Below are positions 19,169 through 26,716 of a stretch of DNA of 64,000 bases, in pieces. Every line of letters begins with the position of its first letter. The first letter of the stretch is position 1. The notes below the pieces were generated by a model. The model did no database searches and was not told where the DNA came from. It saw only the letters and a list, made by a program, of their open reading frames with translations. The translations under genes were made by a program, and so were the position numbers. The DNA is taken from NCBI GenBank assembly GCA_963678065.2, contig CAXXVZ010000003.1, forward strand, positions 1,376,001 to 1,440,000. Direction: 5' to 3'. The DNA comes from Treponemataceae bacterium. Lineage in GTDB: Bacteria > Spirochaetota > Spirochaetia > Treponematales > Rectinemataceae.

Positions 19169-20302
19169 TCAGATGTAGTAGTGGCCGGGCACTTCGAAAA
19201 ACTCCCTCAACACCAGGGACAGGGCTCCGAGACCTGCCGCATCGGCGAGGGTGGACGCGACGAGCCTCGTTCTCTCGGCGCACTCGCGAAGGCAGTGGTC
19301 GCGAACTCCGCGCTCGACGCCGTTCATGAAATACGGAGCAAAGCGGGTCAGAGATCCGTTCACGAACAGTGTGGGCGGGTTCAGCACCGCGACGATGGGA
19401 GCCAGGGCCTTGCCCAGGAGGTAACCTTTTTCTTCCGCCAGAGCGTCCGTCCTGGCGGATCGCGGAAGGCTTTCAAGCCCGCCGGGAGAATCCGGCGGCA
19501 CTCCGAACTCGGGACGGAGTACCCTCTCCGAAAGGTATGCCTCCAGGCAGCCCAGCCTCCCGCAGCTGCAGGGATTCCCGCCGACCTCGATGACGGTGTG
19601 GCCTATTTCTCCCGTGTACGAACCGCGGTTCTCGTAGAGCCTGCGCTGGAAGACGAGTCCGGCGCCGATACCGATGCCCAGATTGACCACAACGAAGTCA
19701 TCGATGTCGCGGGCGGCGCCGAACCATTTTTCGGCGAGAGCCTCGGCCTTGGAGGAATTCTCGAAATAGACGGGAGTCTCCTCCATAGAGAGAAAGAAGG
19801 AGGACGAACAGCCATCGAGTCCGTTGAAGTTGGCGGCGCGCACGATGCGCCCGAGCGAGTCTATGACGGCGGGGATGACGATACCTATCCCCCTGAATCC
19901 GGACGGCGCGGCTTCCCGGAGCTGGACAAGGAGCTGCCGCGTCCTCTGCGCGATCAGAGCTGCGGGAGAACCGCTCTCGTAGCGAAGCGTCGCAGTTTTT
20001 ACCGCCTGACCGTGAAAATCGGCGACAAGGCCCCTGACGCGATCGGGTTCGACGCTGATCCCCGCGCAGAGCAGGTCGGGAGCGAAGACCAAAAGCTCGT
20101 GGGGCCGGCCTTCCGTCATTTTTTTCTGACCGGAATCCACGACAAGGCCGCCCTCGATGAACCTGTCCACGATGTTCGTCACGGTTTTCTTGTCGAGATT
20201 CGTGGCCCAAGCGATGTGCGAGCGGGACAATGGGGCGCCGAGGCGAAGCGCGTTCAGCACCTTGCATTCGTTGATGCGCTTGATGAGCGAGTGGTTTTGC
20301 AT
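19169..20302 (-). CDS. ROK family transcriptional regulator (NagC/XylR-like)
   Basis: N-terminal HTH (LSRSHIA...GRP), GIGAG, GEIGH and CSCGRLGCLE. Confidence 0.92.
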   Translation of the reverse strand: MQNHSLIKRINECKVLNALRLGAPLSRSHIAWATNLDKKTVTNIVDRFIEGGLVVDSGQKKMTEGRPHELLVFAPDLLCAGISVEPDRVRGLVADFHGQAVKTATLRYESGSPAALIAQRTRQLLVQLREAAPSGFRGIGIVIPAVIDSLGRIVRAANFNGLDGCSSSFFLSMEETPVYFENSSKAEALAEKWFGAARDIDDFVVVNLGIGIGAGLVFQRRLYENRGSYTGEIGHTVIEVGGNPCSCGRLGCLEAYLSERVLRPEFGVPPDSPGGLESLPRSARTDALAEEKGYLLGKALAPIVAVLNPPTLFVNGSLTRFAPYFMNGVERGVRDHCLRECAERTRLVASTLADAAGLGALSLVLREFFEVPGHYYI

Positions 20303-20373
20303 CCTGATCGCCTCGGTGTAGTCCATGATACGCGAGGGTGAGCGGGGCGCGCCAGTCCGGAAAACGCGGCGGA

Positions 20374-20403
20374 TTGACAATTTTCGATATATGATAACAT
20401 TAT
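20374..20403 (+). promoter_or_regulatory. Promoter of the gntR-like gene with ATAACATTAT box
   Basis: TTGACA 20374-20379; ATAACATTAT 20394-20403 over the -10 region. Confidence 0.6.
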
Positions 20404-20436
20404 ATATGGCTACATTTTCAAGATTAAAGAGGATTT

Positions 20437-21177
20437 ATGCCCCTTGAAGGAACCGCATACAGCAAACTGTACAACCATCTGCACGAGCGCATCGTCACCA
20501 GAGTGTACGGCCCCGGCGACAAACTGCCCTCCGAAAGAGAACTCTGCGATACCTTCGATGTGTCGCGGATAACCTGTCGCAGAGCTCTCTCCATGCTGCA
20601 GGACCACGGGCTCATAGAGCGTTTCCCGGGAATCGGGACCTTCGTCCGGGAAATCCGCTCGCACAAGGTTCCCATCCTCGACGGAGACTACTCGGGCTCC
20701 ATGCGCGAACAGGCACCCGGCATGAAGAGGGTTCTCCTCTCGCTCGAGACCGTGGAACCTCCCGATCCGTACCGCGAACTCTTCGGCATGCTCAGGACCG
20801 ACAAGTGCCTGAAAGTTGAGCGGTTGGACCAGCAGGGCGACGAGCCCCTCAGCTACGACAGGGGCTACATCCCGCTACCGCTCTCGACCTCGGTCGACGA
20901 GGTCATGGCCGTCCAGATCGACTTCCTCGATCTCTGGATGGAGAAACAGGGACTCTCGTACTCCTACATCCGCAGCTCCGTAGAGGCCATCGAGGCCGAC
21001 GAGACGGCCGCGCTCAGGCTGGAATGCCCGATACGGACGCCGGTGCTCCTCACCATCGACCTCATACACAGCGTGGACGGAAAAATTCTCGCGATCTTCG
21101 AGTCAGTCTACCGCGGCGACCGATTCAAGATCATGTCGACAAAGACGAAGCAGCAAGGCGGACCCGCACAGGCCTAA
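20437..21177 (+). CDS. GntR family regulator, HutC/UTRA type
   Basis: LPSERELC..FDVSRIT..GIGTFV wHTH; C-terminal UTRA ending YRGDRF. Confidence 0.95.
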   Translation: MPLEGTAYSKLYNHLHERIVTRVYGPGDKLPSERELCDTFDVSRITCRRALSMLQDHGLIERFPGIGTFVREIRSHKVPILDGDYSGSMREQAPGMKRVLLSLETVEPPDPYRELFGMLRTDKCLKVERLDQQGDEPLSYDRGYIPLPLSTSVDEVMAVQIDFLDLWMEKQGLSYSYIRSSVEAIEADETAALRLECPIRTPVLLTIDLIHSVDGKILAIFESVYRGDRFKIMSTKTKQQGGPAQA

Positions 21178-21217
21178 AAGGCTTTGCGGGCGAAGGCGGT
21201 GCGGCGCGAGATCGCCG

Positions 21218-21991
21218 TCAGCAGTGCAGGCCCCCGTCCATGAGGATGTCCTCGCCTGTCAGATACGCGGAGGCGTCGGAGGCGAGCAGCACCGCGAGCC
21301 CCTTGATATCGTCGCCGCAGGCCATCCGCCCGAGGGGCACCGCGCGGCAGTAGCGTGAATAGAAGGGCTCTGGCTGATTCGCGGCCAACCCTCCCGGACT
21401 GATGCAGTTCACGCGGATATTCTTTGGACCGTATCTGCGCGCCAGATACTTGGTCAGAGCCGCGAGTCCGCCTTTGTGGAAACTGTAGTCGGGAGAGGCG
21501 TCCATCGTCGTTCCCTCGTACAGGTCGAAGGAGGGGCTGAACGAGCCCTTCATCGACCCGATATTGATGACCGATCCGCCGCCGCCCTTCTCCATGAGGC
21601 GAAGCATCCCGCGCATGAGGTCGAACATGCCCGTCGCGTTCACCGCCATCGACCGGGCCCAGGCATCGAGCGGGTCGTCGAAACCCTGCATGGTGAGCGC
21701 GTAGGCATTGTTGACGAATACGTCCAAGCGGCCGAAGCGCGACTCGATCTCATTTCCCAGGGCGGCGACCGATTCGGGCGAAGCCTGGTCGAGTCTCATC
21801 GCGCATGCCTGGAATCCTTCGGAGACGAGTTCCTCGGCGTAGGCGCGGCAGGCCGGAAGGTCGCGCGAAGCCACGATGACAGTTCCACCCGCCTCGGCCA
21901 TGCCGCGGGCGATATGGCGGCCGTATTTCCCCGCCCCGCCCGTGACGAGAATGATTTTTCCTTCCAGGCTCAAAAGCTTCCTGACATCCAT
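21218..21991 (-). CDS. SDR oxidoreductase, PtmA-like
   Basis: TGGAGKYG, NNAY, LYEGTTM insert, YSFHK and IRVNCISPGG. Confidence 0.85.
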   Translation of the reverse strand: MDVRKLLSLEGKIILVTGGAGKYGRHIARGMAEAGGTVIVASRDLPACRAYAEELVSEGFQACAMRLDQASPESVAALGNEIESRFGRLDVFVNNAYALTMQGFDDPLDAWARSMAVNATGMFDLMRGMLRLMEKGGGGSVINIGSMKGSFSPSFDLYEGTTMDASPDYSFHKGGLAALTKYLARRYGPKNIRVNCISPGGLAANQPEPFYSRYCRAVPLGRMACGDDIKGLAVLLASDASAYLTGEDILMDGGLHC

Positions 21992-22032
21992 AGCGTCACT
22001 CCTTCACTACCTTCTCTTCAAGCATTCTCTCT

Positions 22033-22983
22033 TCACCACAGGGCGTCCATGTCGATACGAACGCCGCCCATTCTCTTCGACAGCTCTCCTGCGATGACAG
22101 CCCGCGATACCGCGAGCGTCTCTTCGTGCCAGGCAGGGCGCCGTCCGCTCTCGACCATGCCGGTGAAGGCCTCGAGCATGCGGAAAAAGCCCCAGAAATA
22201 GGATTCGAAGCCGTCGGTCTCGTCCGCGAAGGGGACCGTGACGTGGGCTCCGCCCGCCTTCTGGTAGCAGGTGAACCCGATCGGCAGAGAGATCCCGTCG
22301 ATGGCCTCAAGTACCGCAGACAGGCCGTTTCGGTAGACGATGCGCACGACGTCGCAGCCGGGTTCGCCGATATTCTGGACAGATTTGAAATCTGCGCCGA
22401 AGAGCGCGACGATGCCGTCGAGCAGATGATTCCCGTACCTGATCCAGTTGACCGTGCTGATGCCGTGGATGGAGCGGACGCTCGCCGGGTCCAGGCTCTT
22501 CCGGGCATCCATGACCGCGTTCGTGAAGCGGCTCGACGATCCCGCCATGAAAGGGTAGTTTTCGCCCGCGGCGGCGATGATCCGGTGGTAATCCCCGAAA
22601 TTCTGTGCGATGACTTTGTCGATGTAGATCGGCACGCCCGCCTCTATGAAGGGTCGGGCCATCTCCCAGTGATTCCAGGGATCGTCCCGCGCGAGGATCA
22701 CTCCGTCCACCTTGCCCAGCATGTCGGTGTAGCGGTCGACGATGTGAGGGATTCCGGCCAGCCTCGCCACCTTCGCCGAGATCGCCGCATCCTGGGTCCA
22801 GATGTGCGTCACCCGGGCGCCTGAAACCATGTGCCGGTTCTGGTGTATGCGGCTCAGGTAGGTTCTGATCGCGGCGAAGGGGCAGTCCGCCAGAGCCTCT
22901 TCGTCGAATCCGTTGAAAATGGCAGAGAATGAGTACGGATGCCCGTTGCCCTCATTGAGACCGATGATCCCGAAGCTCAGCAC
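22033..22983 (-). CDS. Gfo/Idh/MocA family oxidoreductase (paralog of 14525-15499)
   Basis: GNGHPYSFSAIFNG, YIDK and YGNH motifs. Confidence 0.85.
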   Translation of the reverse strand: MLSFGIIGLNEGNGHPYSFSAIFNGFDEEALADCPFAAIRTYLSRIHQNRHMVSGARVTHIWTQDAAISAKVARLAGIPHIVDRYTDMLGKVDGVILARDDPWNHWEMARPFIEAGVPIYIDKVIAQNFGDYHRIIAAAGENYPFMAGSSSRFTNAVMDARKSLDPASVRSIHGISTVNWIRYGNHLLDGIVALFGADFKSVQNIGEPGCDVVRIVYRNGLSAVLEAIDGISLPIGFTCYQKAGGAHVTVPFADETDGFESYFWGFFRMLEAFTGMVESGRRPAWHEETLAVSRAVIAGELSKRMGGVRIDMDALW

Positions 22984-23040
22984 CGCACACCTCCTTAAGG
23001 CCTTCCCGAGAAACTGGATATGAGCCGCGCAAAATGAAGC

Positions 23041-23085
23041 AATTCGTTTTTAAAATTATAAATGGAATTCTTCCATCAAGTCAAG
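23041..23085 (-). promoter_or_regulatory. sigma70-type promoter (TTGACT-18-TATAAT) with candidate ROK operator
   Basis: TTGACT 23084-23079, TATAAT 23060-23055, AATT-N9-AATT 23041-23057. Confidence 0.65.
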
Positions 23086-23178
23086 CAAAGATAATTTCAC
23101 ATTTTCCACAACAGATCTGCCGGGCGATACCGGCCAGGGCGGCCCCCAAATTCCCGGAATGCGGTCCGCGTTTCATTC

Positions 23179-23207
23179 TGGACAGCGCAAGGGACCGAGT
23201 GTATTAT
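23179..23207 (+). promoter_or_regulatory. Likely promoter of the purine operon (TGGACA-17-TATTAT)
   Basis: Hexamers at 23179-23184 and 23202-23207. Confidence 0.55.
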
Positions 23208-23222
23208 TCATATCCGGTATTT

Positions 23223-23383
23223 GATGAGCGTCCATTCCGTGCCGTCCTTGAGCGACGCTACGGAAAAGACGATCGAGCCGCACCCGCCCGGAGAGCCTTG
23301 GGCACCTCTCCGTATCCGGCCGGGCTTTCTCCACCGAAGGGCCGCTTCCCGGAAACCACAGATTCCCGGGGGCGGTCCTTTCG
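23223..23383 (+). promoter_or_regulatory. Structured 5' leader with terminator-like hairpin (candidate attenuator/riboswitch)
   Basis: Stems at 23223-23274, 23289-23312 and 23335-23383; no known riboswitch class recognised. Confidence 0.45.
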
Positions 23384-23473
23384 CATATCCTGAGGGCGGG
23401 ACCGTGGAGGCAGAGGCCGAAAGTTGCGAAGCACGAGGCGGTGCATTACGATGGAACGAAGGAGGCCTGAGCC

Positions 23474-25186
23474 ATGAACAAGAACCTGATCGACGCGGCC
23501 AACAACGTGATTCCCTGCGACCTGAACCTGATCAACTGCCGCCTCCTCGACCTCCTGGAAGGCCGCATCCGCGAGAATGTCACGGTCTCCGTCAAAAACG
23601 GCTACGTCGTCGGCGTCGACGACAGACTCGCCGCCATCCGCACCATCGATCTCAGAGGGAAGTACCTCGCACCCGGCCTCGTCGACTCGCACGTCCACAT
23701 CGAGTCCTCCATGCTCACGCCGGCCGAGTACGCCCGCATCGTCCTGCCCCGCGGCACGACGACGGTCGTGGCCGATCCCCACGAGATCGTCAACGTCCTC
23801 GGCTACGACGGCATGCGCTACATGCTCGCGGCGAGCCAGGGCCTTCCCCTCGAGGTCTACTTCATGGTGCCCTCCTGCGTACCCGCCACGGGCTTCGACA
23901 CGGCGGGCGCGGCCCTCTACGCCTCGGACATGTACCCCTTCCTCAGGGAACCCCGCGTTCTGGGCCTCGGCGAGGTCATGAACTACCCCGGAGTCCTCGC
24001 CAAGGACCAGAACCTCCTCGACAAGATCGCCCTCTTCACCGATGCTGGAAAGGCTGTCGACGGCCACGCGCCCGGCCTCGCGGGGGCGGGACTCTCCGCC
24101 TACATCGCCGCCGGCATCGGCTCCGACCACGAGTGCACGACCCCGGCCGAGGCCACAGAGAAGATCTCCAAGGGCATGTACGTCATGCTGCGCGAAGGGT
24201 CGACGACCAAGGACCTGGCGCATCTTTTGCCCGCCGTGAACTCGCGGACGGCTTCGCGCTTCCTCATCTGCTCGGACGACCGCCACCCCAACGACCTCGT
24301 CGACGAAGGACACATGGACTACGCGCTCAGGCTCATGCTCTCAGGCGGTGTCGACGTCATCGATGCCTTCAGGATAGCCTGCCGCAATCCCGCCGACTGG
24401 TTCGGGCTGCGCAGTTCGGGCCTCGTGGCGCCGGGATACCGGGCCGATTTCGTGGCCTTCGAGTCCCTCAGGGACTTCAGGGCCGCGATGGTGTTCAAGA
24501 AAGGCGTCCTCGTCGCGGAAAACGGGATTCTTCTGGCACAGATTCCGCAGTCAGGACCGCCCTTGCGCGATTCCGTCAACATCAAGTGGCTGACCGAGGA
24601 CGATTTCCGCATTCCCGACACCGGGAAAAAGGTCAGGGTCATCCAGGCCATCCCGGGTTCCATCATCACGGAATCCCTCGTCGTCGAGCCGAAGGTCGAG
24701 GAAGGGCTCTGCGTCTCCGATCCCGGGCGCGACATCGTCAGAATCTTCGTCATCGAGCGCCACACAGGCTCGGGCAACATCGGCAAGGGCTTCATCTCCG
24801 GATTCGGACTCACCCGCGGCGCCTTCGGCTGCACCGTGAGCCACGACTCGCACAACATGATCATCGCCGGGGTCGACGACCGCTCCATATTCAAGGCCGC
24901 CCGCCACCTCAACAAGATGAAGGGCGGACTCGTCTTCGTGGTGGACGGCGAAGTCCTCCTCGATCTCCCACTCCCCGTGGCCGGCCTCATGAGCGACCGC
25001 GATTCCACCTTCGTCATCGAGAGACTCAGGGAATTCGACGAGGTATTCAGGCGCGAGGGACTCACCAACACCTCGCCTCTCATGACCCTCTCCTTCATGG
25101 CCCTGCCCGTGATCCCGACTCTCAAGATCACGGACAGAGGCCTCGTCGATGTGTCGAAATTCGAGCCGGTGGAACTCTATGTGTAA
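23474..25186 (+). CDS. ade: Adenine deaminase (AdeC type)
   Basis: DSHVHIESS, DPHEIVNV, EVMN, DGHAP, SDHE, REGS, SDD and SHDSHN motifs. AAGGAGG RBS. Confidence 0.96.
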   Translation: MNKNLIDAANNVIPCDLNLINCRLLDLLEGRIRENVTVSVKNGYVVGVDDRLAAIRTIDLRGKYLAPGLVDSHVHIESSMLTPAEYARIVLPRGTTTVVADPHEIVNVLGYDGMRYMLAASQGLPLEVYFMVPSCVPATGFDTAGAALYASDMYPFLREPRVLGLGEVMNYPGVLAKDQNLLDKIALFTDAGKAVDGHAPGLAGAGLSAYIAAGIGSDHECTTPAEATEKISKGMYVMLREGSTTKDLAHLLPAVNSRTASRFLICSDDRHPNDLVDEGHMDYALRLMLSGGVDVIDAFRIACRNPADWFGLRSSGLVAPGYRADFVAFESLRDFRAAMVFKKGVLVAENGILLAQIPQSGPPLRDSVNIKWLTEDDFRIPDTGKKVRVIQAIPGSIITESLVVEPKVEEGLCVSDPGRDIVRIFVIERHTGSGNIGKGFISGFGLTRGAFGCTVSHDSHNMIIAGVDDRSIFKAARHLNKMKGGLVFVVDGEVLLDLPLPVAGLMSDRDSTFVIERLREFDEVFRREGLTNTSPLMTLSFMALPVIPTLKITDRGLVDVSKFEPVELYV

Positions 25187-25195
25187 AGGATCGAC

Positions 25196-26716
25196 ATGAA
25201 AACGACCATATCCTTCATGGCCAACGGAGGTCGGGTCTCCGTGGAGGCCTGGCCGGGATCGCCGGCCCTCGACTTCATCCGCCACGAACTCGGGCTGACA
25301 GGAACCAAGGAAGGCTGCCGGGAAGGCGACTGCGGCGCCTGCGCCGTCCTCATCGGCTCGCGCGAGGCGGACGGCCTCGTCCACTACAGGACGGCGCCAT
25401 CCTGCCTTCTCGCCCTCGGCGAGCTCGCCGGCCGCCATCTCGTCACGATCGAGGGCCTCTCCTCATCCTCACCCGACGGCCTCACGCCCGTCATGAAAGC
25501 TTTCCTCGAGGAGAACGCGAGCCAGTGCGGCTTCTGCTCGCCCGGCTTCGTCGTCAGCCTCACGGGATGGCTCCTCGAAACGCCTGTGCCCGACATCGCG
25601 GGCGCCATCGTCGCCGTGGAGGGCAACCTCTGCCGCTGTACGGGCTACGGGGCCATCAGAAGGGCGGCCGCCCGCCTCGTGAGCGAGTTCGCTAGCCTCC
25701 CTGCGCCCGGTCCCGCCAGGATCGAGGCCCTCGTCGCCGCGGGCGTGATTCCTGCGTCGGTAGCCGATTTTGCCGCCGCGCCGGCCGCGGTGCCCCGGGC
25801 AGAGAATGCGGGGGCTATCTCCTGCGCCGTTGTTGCCTCCGCCGCTGCTTCGTCCCGGGGTTCCGCCCTCATCCTCGGCGGCGGAACAGACTGGTACGTG
25901 CGCAACCCCGAGCCTGAGGAAACCGGGGACTGCGTCCTCCTCGACCTCTCTGAAAATCTTTGCAGAATCGAAATGAAAAAAGCCTCCGAAGGCCCGGACA
26001 TGATCGAAATCGGCGCCGCGACGACGGTCCGCGAGTTCTTCGCCCATCACCTGCTGCGCTCCGGATTCCCCGGAATCGAAGCCTTCGAGCGGGAAGTCGC
26101 GTCGAGCCTCATCCGCAACCGGGCTACCCTGGGCGGCAACGTCGCGAACGCCTCTCCCGTCGCCGACATGACGGCCATCCTCATCGGCATGGGCGCCGCG
26201 GTCAGGCTCGGCGGCGGAAAACGCGGGGCCGGGGCCGGAGCCGGGGTCGACGCGCGGAACAGGCTCATGCCCCTCGAGAGACTCTTCAAGGGCTACAAGA
26301 GCCTCGACCTGGCCGAAGGCGAAATCATCGAATCCTTCGAGCTCTGGCCCTGCGGCCCCGACGAGCGCTTCAACTTCGAGAAGATAGCCAAGCGCCGGAG
26401 CCTCGACATCGCGGCGGTCAACACGGCCATGCGCGTCGAAGTCCGGGATGGAACCATCGTCCGGGCGAGAGTCTCGGCGGGCGGCGTCGCCCCGGTGCCT
26501 CTTTTCCTCGAGAGGACATCGGCCTGGCTCGCAGGAAAACCCGTCTCGTCCGCGACAGCCAAAGAGGCCGCAAGGCTCGCCACGGAGGAATCGAGTCCCA
26601 TCGGCGACGTGCGCGGCTCAGCGGACTACCGGAGGCGCATCCTCGGACGCCTCGTGCTGGCTCACTTCATCCGGCTCTTCCCCGACGGGGAAATCGCCCA
26701 GGAGCTCCTGCCATGA
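25196..26716 (+). CDS. xdhA: Xanthine dehydrogenase small subunit (2x[2Fe-2S] + FAD)
   Basis: GTKEGCREGDCGAC, QCGFC, GNLCRCTGY, GGGTD, RNRATLGGN and DVRGSADYR. Confidence 0.9.
   Translation: MKTTISFMANGGRVSVEAWPGSPALDFIRHELGLTGTKEGCREGDCGACAVLIGSREADGLVHYRTAPSCLLALGELAGRHLVTIEGLSSSSPDGLTPVMKAFLEENASQCGFCSPGFVVSLTGWLLETPVPDIAGAIVAVEGNLCRCTGYGAIRRAAARLVSEFASLPAPGPARIEALVAAGVIPASVADFAAAPAAVPRAENAGAISCAVVASAAASSRGSALILGGGTDWYVRNPEPEETGDCVLLDLSENLCRIEMKKASEGPDMIEIGAATTVREFFAHHLLRSGFPGIEAFEREVASSLIRNRATLGGNVANASPVADMTAILIGMGAAVRLGGGKRGAGAGAGVDARNRLMPLERLFKGYKSLDLAEGEIIESFELWPCGPDERFNFEKIAKRRSLDIAAVNTAMRVEVRDGTIVRARVSAGGVAPVPLFLERTSAWLAGKPVSSATAKEAARLATEESSPIGDVRGSADYRRRILGRLVLAHFIRLFPDGEIAQELLP

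Noticed and set aside
23286..23345. GGAGAG...CACCGAAGG resemblance to a glycine riboswitch, and TTGGGCACC resemblance to a T-box
   Set aside because: The CTCTCAGG element and the TGGNACC T-box core are missing, the spacing is wrong, and the gene context does not fit.
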